Shown here: positions 39,903-49,321 of the stretch, piece after piece
How positions within the stretch are numbered: the stretch's first letter is position 1
Layout of the letters: each line of letters starts with the position of its first letter
DNA from: a virus
Reading direction: 5' to 3' (one strand)
Virus record (IMG/VR): IMGVR_UViG_3300017963_000029
Location: 18,688-82,687 of that record
DNA: 64,000 nucleotides
The notes under the pieces: model-generated
The model's input: the letters and a program-made list of their open reading frames with translations, nothing else
Databases searched by the model: none
What the model was told of the DNA's origin: nothing
Made by a program: the position numbers and the translations under genes

Positions 39903-40496
39903 ATGCCGTTAGTACCCGTAGATAATAAGCCAGGACTGTTTCGTGATACGATTACCGGACAGGTTTTTAATGTTCGCGAGTATCGTGGCTCAGATCTTAT
40001 TTTCCCTTTTGAAGGTGGTCGTGCCATACCCAAGGAGTCCTGGCAACCAGAACCAGGAGCTTCGATGGCACTACAGGCGTGGTCCTTTCTCATGTATCCA
40101 TGGCCAGAGGTTATTCCTGTCACCCTGCGAGCCAAGTTGTACGTCAATGGTGACATCATGGCTGAGGGGCCTTTATTTGCTCTAGCTGAACCTCTGGTAC
40201 GTGCTGAGGACGAAGAGATACGGGAGCGGTTACGTGTCGTGGAAGAAAAAATAGAGACGCTCGAAATCGAAATGAAGGAAGCTAAAAAAGAGAAGGACCT
40301 TTCTGGCGACCCTAGAGCTGTTCACATACCTTCCAAGATTTACCCGGTTACTCGTTTAAGGAATCTAGTAGACATGAAGCACAAGTTGTGGGCAGAAATC
40401 GAGGGTCCAGGTAATGATTTTGTACCATTGCGCGAGAAGCTGGAACTACTGGCACTTCGTTTACGCGGTGTAGGACGTGAGCCGGTGAAAGATTGA
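39903..40496 (+). CDS. hypothetical protein
   Basis: 197 aa ORF, RBS TAGGAG. Confidence 0.55.
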   Translation: MPLVPVDNKPGLFRDTITGQVFNVREYRGSDLIFPFEGGRAIPKESWQPEPGASMALQAWSFLMYPWPEVIPVTLRAKLYVNGDIMAEGPLFALAEPLVRAEDEEIRERLRVVEEKIETLEIEMKEAKKEKDLSGDPRAVHIPSKIYPVTRLRNLVDMKHKLWAEIEGPGNDFVPLREKLELLALRLRGVGREPVKD

Positions 40497-40828
40497 TTGA
40501 TACCCCCATCGAGGTCGACTACTTCTACGCGGGCGTGATCGTCGGTTTTTGCCTCACCGTCTTGTGGGGCTGGTACTACATAAGCAAAAGGATGAGATAA
40601 AAATGATAGATATGAATATCAATATTAGTGTGACAGTAAAGGTACGTCTTACCACACTAGGTAAAGAGCTTTACGAAAAAAGTGGGAGGAATGAGTTTGT
40701 CCGTTGGGATGAAGATGGTTTGTTAGAGACCGAGTTGTGGAATTTAATGGTAGTTTTTGGTCCACATTTTAATGAGCATGTCGGTCCTTTTTTTGAAAAT
40801 AATGCAATATATGTAGTGGATTTAAGGA

Positions 40829-41530
40829 ATGATCATGACCACTCGTAATGGTGATTGGTTTCAAACCTACACCGGTAAGAAGTTCTACGTTTTCGATCCG
40901 CGCAGCGACGAGATCGACATCGAGGACATCGCGCACTCCCTGGCGAACACCTGTCGGTTCAACGGACATACGAGTTATTTCTATTCGGTAGCGCAGCACT
41001 CTGTCCACGTCTGTAACGTCTTCGGCAAGCTCGTGGAGGGAACCGAGTTCGAGGAGAACTATCGGGCGTACCTCTGCGCGCTGTTGCACGACGCGACGGA
41101 GGCCTACGTCGGGGACATGATACGACCCATCAAGTTGTCGTTGCCGGACTACAAGGTGGCCGAGAACAACATCTGGACCTGCATCCTCAAGAAATTTGAG
41201 CTTTGGGACACCTGGCACCTGCAGGGCACGATGGATCTGCGCCTCTTCGTATCGAACCTCGTCAAGATGGCCGACGACATCATGCTGGCCACCGAGAGGC
41301 GAGATCTGCTGGCCAAGGGGCCGGGGAAGTGGCGCATCGAGGAACTCGTCGACCCCGATGATATGCTGGTTCTCCCGAAGCCTCCGGGTACCGTGAAGAG
41401 TATTTTTCTAAAGCTATTTGGGGAGCTACAATCGCGTATAGGAGAAGAAGATGCCGACACCGGTCACAGTGGTGAAAAAGGTGGTGGAGACGGCCCGGAA
41501 GTGGGTCAGGGTTCGCCGGAAGTACCGTAA
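40829..41530 (+). CDS. HD-domain 5'-deoxynucleotidase (YfdR/YfbR-like)
   Basis: DIAHSLANTCRFNGH, YSVAQHS, ALLHDATEAY, ADDIMLATE. Confidence 0.85.
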   Translation: MIMTTRNGDWFQTYTGKKFYVFDPRSDEIDIEDIAHSLANTCRFNGHTSYFYSVAQHSVHVCNVFGKLVEGTEFEENYRAYLCALLHDATEAYVGDMIRPIKLSLPDYKVAENNIWTCILKKFELWDTWHLQGTMDLRLFVSNLVKMADDIMLATERRDLLAKGPGKWRIEELVDPDDMLVLPKPPGTVKSIFLKLFGELQSRIGEEDADTGHSGEKGGGDGPEVGQGSPEVP

Positions 41531-41815
41531 GCTCCTGGACAGCAAGAGCGCGAAGGAAGAGGACCTGAAGAAGGTCCGGAAGAGCCTCCTCGACGTCACC
41601 AACAGGCTCGAGACCGCGGTGCTCGAGTTCGAGGTGATGTACCGCCACGTCCAGAAGCACGGGCTCAAGAAGCCCAAGAAGCCCTTCCCGTGGAGGGAGG
41701 TCCTGGGCATCGTCTCGGCCGGCGCGGGCGCGCTCGAGAAGGCCATCGGCTCTCCCGGGGTCGGGGGGCCTGCCGACCCGAATACCATCGATGTTCAGGC
41801 CGAGATAATCGATCG

Positions 41816-42310
41816 ATGAGCCGCCTGTTCGAGGACCACTGGGACGTCCGGTTCATCCGGCTCGCGGAGCATATTGCCGGCTGGAGCAAGGACCCGTCGA
41901 CCAAGGTGGGCTGCGTCATCGTCGGCCCGGACAAGGAGATCCGCTCCACCGGCTTCAACGGCTTCCCGCGGGGCATCAAGGATGACCCCCGGAGGCTCGA
42001 AAACCGCGACGAGAAGTACCCGCTCATCTGCCACGCGGAGGAGAATGCCATCTTGCAGGTGGCACGGGTCGGCGGCGCATCGCTCCGGGACTGCTGGGTG
42101 TACATCACCTGGCCACCCTGTACCCGGTGCGCGCGGTCCATCGTGCAGGCCGGTATCAAGGGGGTGAGCTACCCGCAGGGGCTCGACGTTCCTGAAAGAT
42201 GGTGGTCGGACCTTGAGAAGGCCCGCTCGATGCTCGACGAGGCCGGGATCTTCGTCCGGACGGTCGCCGTCAAGCTCAAACAGACGTCGTCAGAGGTTTC
42301 TATCGGCTGA
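41816..42310 (+). CDS. dCMP deaminase
   Basis: SKDPSTKVG, GFNG, HAEENA, PCTRC. Confidence 0.92.
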   Translation: MSRLFEDHWDVRFIRLAEHIAGWSKDPSTKVGCVIVGPDKEIRSTGFNGFPRGIKDDPRRLENRDEKYPLICHAEENAILQVARVGGASLRDCWVYITWPPCTRCARSIVQAGIKGVSYPQGLDVPERWWSDLEKARSMLDEAGIFVRTVAVKLKQTSSEVSIG

Positions 42311-42908
42311 ACTGCCGCCAGAGGATCCATCCACCGGCTCCTAACGCCAGGAGCAACACGAGACCGCCGGCCGCCGCCGGCGCGATGTCTTCGAAGCGCC
42401 AGCCACCGGCGTCGTAGAAGGGCTTGAGGAGCGGGTACGGGTTTATCTTTCGCTTGTAGGGGCTGGTGATGGCGTAGTGCAGGTGCGGACAGGTGTGGAT
42501 GGCATTCCCGGTGCGCCCGACGTAGCCAATAACTTGCCCCGCGGTGACCGGTTGGCCCGGTCGGACCTTGGGGCGTTTCTGCAGGTGGGAGTAGTAGTGC
42601 TCGTTGCCGTCGGGGTCTCGGATCCAGACGTACCAGCCGCCCTTTTCGGAATATCCGGCTCCTGGTAGCCCCCGCCATTCGCGCATCACGGAGCCTGCCG
42701 TCGTCGAGCGGATGGGGGTCCCCTCCGCAGCCACGATATCGGTCGCGTGGTGCTTGAACTGCCCGCGGGGGGCCAGGAAGGAGTCCCAGAAACGCGGGCG
42801 CCAGCCGCTCTCCTTGTCCGGGTAGCAGGTCTTCCCGTGAGCTCCCACCCGATATCCCCGGAACTTGCTGGGGACCTGGACCGGGAAGACCGACAGGGTT
42901 ACGGGCAT
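42300..42908 (-). CDS. M23 metallopeptidase with C-terminal membrane anchor
   Basis: HHATD, YYSHL, VGRTGN, PHLHY; terminal GLVLLLALGAGGWILWR. Confidence 0.88.
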   Translation of the reverse strand: MPVTLSVFPVQVPSKFRGYRVGAHGKTCYPDKESGWRPRFWDSFLAPRGQFKHHATDIVAAEGTPIRSTTAGSVMREWRGLPGAGYSEKGGWYVWIRDPDGNEHYYSHLQKRPKVRPGQPVTAGQVIGYVGRTGNAIHTCPHLHYAITSPYKRKINPYPLLKPFYDAGGWRFEDIAPAAAGGLVLLLALGAGGWILWRQFSR

Positions 42909-43233
42909 ACCGTATCAGGGGGTGAAACGCCTGCTCGCCAGACCGGGGCCCGGCGAGCAGGGTATGGGCGGACGAGGAGCTAGTCCTCGGCCTTGGTCGC
43001 CTTGACGCCGGCCTTGACCATGGCTTCGATGTCCTTCTCGTCGAACCCGCGGTTCTTCAGGAAGAACGTGGTTTTCACATCGCCGTGGAGTTTGACCATA
43101 CCGATGACGGCTTGCTTGATTTCTTCGGTAACTTTTCCCCTGGCGATTCGAACGGAATGTTGAATCACGCTTTGGGGAGAAGGCGGACGACGTGCCGGTA
43201 CTTTCTTTTCGGTCTTTTTCTTGGTCGCCATGA

Positions 43234-44070
43234 TTACGCCCTCTTCGCGGCCTGCAGAGCGACAAAGGAAGCCGCGAGAAAGATGCGACCGTCGTCATTG
43301 GGGGGCGTGACACTGGTGTTGATCTGTGCCTTGAGAGCACCGCCGTCCGGGATGAACAGGTCTTCGGAGGCGATCAAGGAGAAGAAGTCAACGGCGCCAT
43401 CGGGGGCTACGGTCACCGAGTCGATCTGGATGTCATTCTGACCATCGCTCATGAAGAGATCGACTTGGATTCCACCAATGGCACTATCCCAGTTGAACAC
43501 GCGGATGTACGAAGTCGCCATTCCTCCACCCAAGTCCGGAAGAACCAGAGCGGTGCCCGGTTTGGGCTGTGCCACGACCTGAAGAGAGGCGTCCAGATCC
43601 TTACGAACGTTGATGACTTCCGCGTCGGTCCACACAGGCCACATCATGGCGCGGCCCGCTGCGACTTGCCCCAGGTCTCTGGAGATGATCTGTTCACCTT
43701 CCACCAGGAAGAAGTTACCTTGCATACCTATTTCGGTTATGGCTACCGCTATCCAGGCAGGTGCTCCCGCAGGAAGACCGATAGTACCTATCTGTAGCTC
43801 GTTGCCCTGGCCGTCCTGGAAGAACATATCGGTAGTGTAGGTTCCGGAAATTCCATTTCCGCCACCCATGTAGTCACCGGACATGGATTCCGGTCTCTGG
43901 ATCAGACGACCGAGACCATCATACGGCGACGGAACGATGATCTGGTCGGGTCCGGGGCTCACCAACTGCAGAGACGTGTGGGGTCCCTTGAAGGTATTGA
44001 GCCAAGGTTGGGGTTTCACGGACGGGTTTCCTCCGCCACGATGCTGAAGGGGTTCGTCTCCTCTTGTCAT
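43234..44070 (-). CDS. two-domain beta-rich putative virion protein
   Basis: Internal duplication (FFQDGQGNELQI / FMSDGQNDIQI); paralogous to 44344-45171. Confidence 0.55.
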   Translation of the reverse strand: MTRGDEPLQHRGGGNPSVKPQPWLNTFKGPHTSLQLVSPGPDQIIVPSPYDGLGRLIQRPESMSGDYMGGGNGISGTYTTDMFFQDGQGNELQIGTIGLPAGAPAWIAVAITEIGMQGNFFLVEGEQIISRDLGQVAAGRAMMWPVWTDAEVINVRKDLDASLQVVAQPKPGTALVLPDLGGGMATSYIRVFNWDSAIGGIQVDLFMSDGQNDIQIDSVTVAPDGAVDFFSLIASEDLFIPDGGALKAQINTSVTPPNDDGRIFLAASFVALQAAKRA

Positions 44071-44343
44071 TGTATTGTCTGTCCTTCCTCGCCTACAGGG
44101 ACGGGGTTTTGGGTTCTACTGCTACGACGGGTTCTGCGGGTAGAAGGTCGTTATCATGGTGTCGGCCTCCTGCGCGCTGAATCCCCATCGTTGAAGTCTT
44201 CGGTGGAGGCGTTGTGCGTTGACGCCCTTGTTCACGAGGCAGACCATGGCCTCGTTGATGGCTTCCTGTGAAGCGCCGTCTCGTTTGGCGCGTTGCAAGG
44301 TGCGCCGGGCCTCTGCTCTTTGTTCGATGGGCATTTTATCTAC

Positions 44344-45171
44344 CTATCCCAGATCCTTAGGGAGATCGAACTCTGCGAAGAGGGTGGCGATGTACAGCTT
44401 GCCGATGGGGTTACCATCGTTGGGTTGTACCTCGAGTCGGTACGGGTACGGAAACATGTGAGACTCGATGGTGTCCAAGAAGATGTTTCCGACGCTGTTT
44501 GCGCCAACAGAATCGGTGTTGGACATCAACACCCGGTTTCCCTGGTCGTCGGACACGTAGCAGTTGAAGGTGTGGGGGTCCGAGTCGTAGTTGAACGCCA
44601 GGATGCTGGCCCCACAGGGGTAGGAGCTGGTGGCCGGCATCTGCCAGGTCTTGCCCACCGGAGGTTGTGCGATGACTGTTCTTCCTCCGTTCACGATGGG
44701 GATGCGCTCGCAGATGGCGTTTCGGGCATCGTGGATCGAGACGGGAATGAAAAGCAGTCCGTCGTTACCGGAAGGGTCGCCGCTCGTGATGCGGATGACC
44801 ACTTTCTCACCCTCGACGAAACCAAACACGGCACAAGCCGGGTTGGGGGAGGGAATCTGGTCAAAACTTCCGTCCGAGAGAAGGGCGACGGTAGCGAGAG
44901 TGATCTCGTTTCCGTTCGCGTCGATGAAGATCACATCGTAGCCGATGTCCACGCCGCATCGGTTGTACAGGGATCCGATGGTCTGAAAGGCCACGACCCC
45001 TGCGAGACGGATCTTGTCCTTCAAGCCCTCGAGGACGGTGTGCTGACCTCCGGACTTGATGGGGACGATCTCGCCTGCGCCTTTCACGCCTTCGAAAAGG
45101 ACTACAGGTCCCGGGCTGGTGTTCTTACCGGCGCGTTTCTGAAGGGGGTTGTCCCCGATTCCAGCTGGCAT
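44344..45171 (-). CDS. two-domain beta-rich putative virion protein
   Basis: FIDANGNEITL / VSDDQGNRVL; VIAQPPVG, AFNYDS. Confidence 0.55.
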   Translation of the reverse strand: MPAGIGDNPLQKRAGKNTSPGPVVLFEGVKGAGEIVPIKSGGQHTVLEGLKDKIRLAGVVAFQTIGSLYNRCGVDIGYDVIFIDANGNEITLATVALLSDGSFDQIPSPNPACAVFGFVEGEKVVIRITSGDPSGNDGLLFIPVSIHDARNAICERIPIVNGGRTVIAQPPVGKTWQMPATSSYPCGASILAFNYDSDPHTFNCYVSDDQGNRVLMSNTDSVGANSVGNIFLDTIESHMFPYPYRLEVQPNDGNPIGKLYIATLFAEFDLPKDLG

Positions 45172-45261
45172 GTCTTCTCCTCACCTACAGGGGTTGAGAG
45201 TCGCTTCAGATTACCACGATTACGTATTAAAGGAAGAGGTCTGTAGCGTGCCAAAACAATG

Positions 45262-45594
45262 TTACCCAGGCTTGCCGCGGTACTTCTGCCACTCCCGATA
45301 GAAATCCCTCCAGACCACCGCGGCCACGCCGGCGCCCGTGTAGTACCAGACCACCCAGCTTGTTCCTTCTACGCCGGGGGAGGCCGGCATGTTAGGAATG
45401 TGGCCGACGCCCACGCCCATCAGGATGGGGAGCACCGGTATGGGGATCCAGCGTCGGAAAAAACGCACCCAGGAGACTTCTTCGGCTCTTTTCGCGCTCA
45501 GGGGACCGTCCTTGAGCGCCTTGGTGACCACGTAAAAAACGCCCCAGGCCACGAGGATCGGCCAGTGGGCGAGAATCAGATCAAGGTATTCCAT
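45262..45594 (-). CDS. holin-like membrane protein
   Basis: 110 aa, about 3 hydrophobic segments, charged C-terminus. Confidence 0.5.
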   Translation of the reverse strand: MEYLDLILAHWPILVAWGVFYVVTKALKDGPLSAKRAEEVSWVRFFRRWIPIPVLPILMGVGVGHIPNMPASPGVEGTSWVVWYYTGAGVAAVVWRDFYREWQKYRGKPG

Positions 45595-45676
45595 AGATGG
45601 AGGGGAGCGCCCCCGGGGAGAAGGTCATCAACCCCGGGGGCGCTTAAATGGGGTTATCCACGCAGGAACGTGAAAA

Positions 45677-45841
45677 CTACTTGCTGCGCTTGCGCTTCAG
45701 GCAGCGTCCGGTGGTCTTGGACACGCCGTGTTTGCAACGCCGCTTCTTGGTGCGCCGTCCCTTGGTGCCCTTCTTCGGGCCGGGCTTGCGCTTACAACCG
45801 CCGGTCTTCTTCCTGCCGTATCGGCACTTCTTGGTGGCCAT
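45677..45841 (-). CDS. Lys/Arg/Cys-rich peptide (54 aa; below ORF-track cutoff)
   Basis: MATKKCRYGRKKTGGCKRKPGPKKGTKGRRTKKRRCKHGVSKTTGRCLKRKRSK; RBS AAGGAGAAAGAC. Confidence 0.75.
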   Translation of the reverse strand: MATKKCRYGRKKTGGCKRKPGPKKGTKGRRTKKRRCKHGVSKTTGRCLKRKRSK

Positions 45842-45915
45842 GTCTTTCTCCTTGGCTCGATTTCGAAAGATCCGGAACGCGGACGCCCCGGGCTCATCGG
45901 GTTACGAAAGAGGTC

Positions 45916-46092
45916 CTACTTCTTCCGCCGGGGGTGCTTGAGGCAGGATCCCTTGAGGGTGCCGCGCTTGGCCACGCCGTACTTGCAGCGCCTCCCCTTC
46001 TTCCGCCGGCCCTTGCTGCCGCTGGTCTTGCCGCGACACTTGGTGAACCGTCCCTTGGACGTCCTGCACAGGTTTCCGCGTACTTTCTTCAT
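45916..46092 (-). CDS. Lys/Arg/Cys-rich peptide (58 aa)
   Basis: MKKVRGNLCRTSKGRFTKC...RRCKYGVAKRGTLKGSCLKHPRRKK; RBS AAGGAG. Confidence 0.75.
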   Translation of the reverse strand: MKKVRGNLCRTSKGRFTKCRGKTSGSKGRRKKGRRCKYGVAKRGTLKGSCLKHPRRKK

Positions 46093-46180
46093 GGCTGTCT
46101 TTCTCCTTTTATGACTCCCCCGCGGGGAAGCCGTGCCTCCTTGGCAGCATCTGCGGGCCCACCGGGGCCCCAGGTATGCC

Positions 46181-46768
46181 CTAAGATTCCTCCCTTTTAC
46201 GTAAAAAAGCAAGTCCGGCGACAAGACCGGCGCCCAGAGCCCCAAACAGGAACGGAAGGGGAGATCTTTCTTGCTCACCGAGACCAGGTCCCCACGGGGT
46301 CTCCTGGCCGGTCAACATGGGATGGGCCTCGACGGCCATTTTCTTGATCTTCGGGTAGTTTCGGTCGAAGAACCTCTTCGGCCAATCCGGAACCGTCTTC
46401 CCTTCCTTCGTGGGGTGGGGTTTCGTGCCGAGTTCGTCTTTCCACTGCCGGCAGGCGCGGGTGGACAGCCGCTGGGCCTTGTCCGGATCCTTGACCGGCA
46501 CGATATACCCGGGTTTCTTGGGTTCAATACAGAAGCGGAGGTTGGGGACGCCCTTTATCCAGATCAGCTGGACCGGGCAGCGGGCTTTCTCCTCGCCGCA
46601 CGGAGGACCACCTTTGGACCCCATCAGGTGGGTCGGGGTGGTGAAATCAAAATCACCTTTTTCTGGCAGACGGACCTCGGGGATCGGGAGGCAGTCGCCG
46701 GTCTCGTCCTTCTTGCAGAAGGTGAAGGCCGGGGAGTCATGGTCGCGGTATTTCGCTCGTTTCGCCAT
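46181..46768 (-). CDS. basic Cys-containing protein with C-terminal membrane anchor
   Basis: GPGLG, then LFGALGAGLVAGLAFL-RKR. Confidence 0.6.
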   Translation of the reverse strand: MAKRAKYRDHDSPAFTFCKKDETGDCLPIPEVRLPEKGDFDFTTPTHLMGSKGGPPCGEEKARCPVQLIWIKGVPNLRFCIEPKKPGYIVPVKDPDKAQRLSTRACRQWKDELGTKPHPTKEGKTVPDWPKRFFDRNYPKIKKMAVEAHPMLTGQETPWGPGLGEQERSPLPFLFGALGAGLVAGLAFLRKREES

Positions 46769-47994
46769 CAGTGCAACGTATAGTTTACCCTCGAGGTGGG
46801 GTGCATCCAACAGGTCCTGCACCCGGTCTTCTTTTTATTGTTGGGGTCCAACCCTTCTGCGCGCCGGCAGTTGGGTCCTCCCTCCACCGAGTAGGCTTCG
46901 CAGTTCCAATCGAACGTCTTACCCAGGTTCTTCTCACCTGCGCCGTGTCGGTAGACTACCGTGGTGCCTGACCACCCTTTTCCGAGTTTGTGGGTACCGC
47001 GCTGGTCGACGTGGTAGGCCGACGGGCGCAGGATGAGATTTTGGACACCCTTCACGGGCGCATTGATCTCGTTGACGCGCGCGACGTGCTTCCGACCCAG
47101 AGCCCAGATCCGGGTCGGTGCCCAGAAGATGATGGGTAGATCTTCGGTGTAGTTGGCCGGGTGGAAGTGGTTGGCGATGTGCTTCCAGGCTTGCAGGTAC
47201 GCCAGGTCGAAGAAGTCGCCGGAATCGTGGAGCCGGAAGAAACGCTGCTCGCGCCACTGGGCGGGCTCGGGTTCGATGACGTCTTTGCCGCGTTTGCCTC
47301 CGTCAATATAGAAGTCGGCGTGGTTGATGGCGTCGATCATCACTTGCACGAAAGCGCACTTCTGGGAGCCGCGGGTCACCTTCTTACCGTGGTAGTCGAC
47401 CTCGAGAGCGCGCTTGGCCCAGGCGTACCGCACGAACGCGTGGTGCTGGTTGCTCGCCGTCGGGTACTGGCCCTTGGTGGCGTAGCAGTACTGGCAGATG
47501 GCGTCCGAGAGCCGGATCTTGGTTTTGAGGACCTCCCGGAGCTTCTCCCCGACCTTACGCCGCTGGTGGTCCGGCACGATGCTCTGGCCGGCGTCGGCAG
47601 CGGGACAGCTGCCCCCGATCACGCTCGAGCCTGCTGATATGCTGAACGAGGGGGCGCTCATCTTGCTGGTCCAGCTGAGAAGCGTCGTCTTGCCGATCTC
47701 GGTGGCGGGATTCCACACCGGCCCCTTGGGCATCCGACTTACCACCAGGACAACGCTGTCCTTCTTCTCCTGGTCGTACTTCGGGCTGATGGTAACGCCC
47801 TGCAGCTGTTGGAAGACTACCTTCCTCGTCCACGCGAGCGTCATCAGGTTCGCGTGGCTCTGGTTGATGACCTGCTGCGGGGTGGGGCAGAGGATGTCGG
47901 GCGCCTCGAGTCCCTGCGCCTGGCAGTCCCAGTAGCGCCTTTCAAGCTCGGTGGTCTCGCCTTCCTGGGCGAGGTGCGGGAGGATCGCGGCCAT
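46768..47994 (-). CDS. Gp88-like (radical-SAM-related) protein
   Basis: TSKM..PSFSI, SCP, CQYCYA, FRLHDSGDF, FWAPTR. Confidence 0.7.
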   Translation of the reverse strand: MAAILPHLAQEGETTELERRYWDCQAQGLEAPDILCPTPQQVINQSHANLMTLAWTRKVVFQQLQGVTISPKYDQEKKDSVVLVVSRMPKGPVWNPATEIGKTTLLSWTSKMSAPSFSISAGSSVIGGSCPAADAGQSIVPDHQRRKVGEKLREVLKTKIRLSDAICQYCYATKGQYPTASNQHHAFVRYAWAKRALEVDYHGKKVTRGSQKCAFVQVMIDAINHADFYIDGGKRGKDVIEPEPAQWREQRFFRLHDSGDFFDLAYLQAWKHIANHFHPANYTEDLPIIFWAPTRIWALGRKHVARVNEINAPVKGVQNLILRPSAYHVDQRGTHKLGKGWSGTTVVYRHGAGEKNLGKTFDWNCEAYSVEGGPNCRRAEGLDPNNKKKTGCRTCWMHPTSRVNYTLH

Positions 47995-48494
47995 CAACGT
48001 CGCCTTGCTACAGCTGTAGCACGTTTCTCCAGTTTCAGGAAAGTGTTACGGGTTCGACCACAATCAACTATGCGCTCCTTGGGGGCCTTGATCTCCCACG
48101 TTGCTCCCCAGTTCCACGCCTTGCCCTTACAGGGGTCCTTCACGTTCTCGGGGTTCTCGAGGAAGGCATCAACCATACGGACGGTCCACTGGGGCGCGGT
48201 GTCGATCGTCAGCGCGTAGATGGCGGCACGGTGTGGCAGCTGCGGGTCGCGCTTGGGGCTTAGAAATTTGGAGTACGCCTTCGTCATCTCGGTCAGCGTG
48301 TAGCCCTCGAACGCCGGTAGTTTTGTCCGACGCCGCTCCAGGACGTGAAGGATGGCCGCGTGTCCCCGGGTGGGCCGCCAACCCTCCTCGCCCAGCAAGG
48401 CGTAGACGATCGTCAGGCGGTCCTCGACGCCGGCATCGGTCGGTGATGGTACGAGCAGAATGCAAATTATTAAAAGAAATGAAAAATGCCTCAT
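47994..48494 (-). CDS. secreted SleB/Hydrolase_2-like cell-wall hydrolase
   Basis: Signal peptide; ALLGEEG...AAILHVLERR. Confidence 0.4.
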   Translation of the reverse strand: MRHFSFLLIICILLVPSPTDAGVEDRLTIVYALLGEEGWRPTRGHAAILHVLERRRTKLPAFEGYTLTEMTKAYSKFLSPKRDPQLPHRAAIYALTIDTAPQWTVRMVDAFLENPENVKDPCKGKAWNWGATWEIKAPKERIVDCGRTRNTFLKLEKRATAVARRR

Positions 48495-49321
48495 ATGATC
48501 GGCACCTCCGGTAACTTGGTCCAGCGCGGATGGAACTCCACGGCGTGGCCCGGGTCGGTGATTACGAGTTGATCGTTCTTATCGCGACCGATGTTATTCA
48601 AATGTACGTCTGCGAGCAAGATACCGGAGTCGATGTAGAACTCGAGCGCCGCTCCGATGGGGGTGACGACCTCGGTGGAGCCGAGTGATCCGGAAATCTC
48701 CCAGCATTTGGTGATGGCAACTCCGATGCGCGGCAGGCCTCGATAGTGTCGAGGATCAGCCTGTACCGGTGCATCCTGAAAGGCTTCCCAGAACCTTTTT
48801 AACATCTCTTCCCGGTGTTCCGGGCCCGCTTTCTTGAGCATCCGGTCTATGACTCGCTTGGCCTCGCCGGCCCAATCTTTGAAAAGGATGATATCCCGTT
48901 TTCCTTCGCGGATGGCGCGTTCTTGAAAATCATCGTAGCCGTATATTTTCAAGTCATAAGGATGGACGAGGAAGCCGACTTCCTTCGCCGCCTGGCGCCA
49001 CAACACGAACAGGGGCCGTTTTCGATAGGTCGCGTTTTTCAGCGCGAAGATCTTGTGGTACCGGACGATGCCCTCGGTCTGCGGCAGCTGCATCGACATC
49101 ACTACGAACCTCGCCTCGGTGATGTCGCTCGTGAGCTTGAAAACGACGTCCTCGTCCTCGGTAGGCGTCACGCAGCCGTAGTGCCCGCAGCCGTACTCCT
49201 CGATGGAAAACTTCTTGCCGGGGTCCTTCACCGGCATCCACTCCGGGGGGACGTGCTCCGCGATGTCGTCCCAGAAGGAGCGCATCGTCCTGTCCACCCA
49301 GGGTGTGCGTCCGAGAGTCAT
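48491..49321 (-). CDS. protein kinase-like fold enzyme
   Basis: GCGHYG, VFKLT, DVHLNN, ITDPG. Confidence 0.75.
   Translation of the reverse strand: MTLGRTPWVDRTMRSFWDDIAEHVPPEWMPVKDPGKKFSIEEYGCGHYGCVTPTEDEDVVFKLTSDITEARFVVMSMQLPQTEGIVRYHKIFALKNATYRKRPLFVLWRQAAKEVGFLVHPYDLKIYGYDDFQERAIREGKRDIILFKDWAGEAKRVIDRMLKKAGPEHREEMLKRFWEAFQDAPVQADPRHYRGLPRIGVAITKCWEISGSLGSTEVVTPIGAALEFYIDSGILLADVHLNNIGRDKNDQLVITDPGHAVEFHPRWTKLPEVPII

Noticed and set aside
39903-40496. Major capsid protein
   Set aside because: Vaguely capsid-like beta pattern, but it sits among middle genes and no family can be supported without a profile search
38651-41530. 2-aminoadenine (Z) genome pathway
   Set aside because: No PurZ/adenylosuccinate synthetase-like ORF in the window
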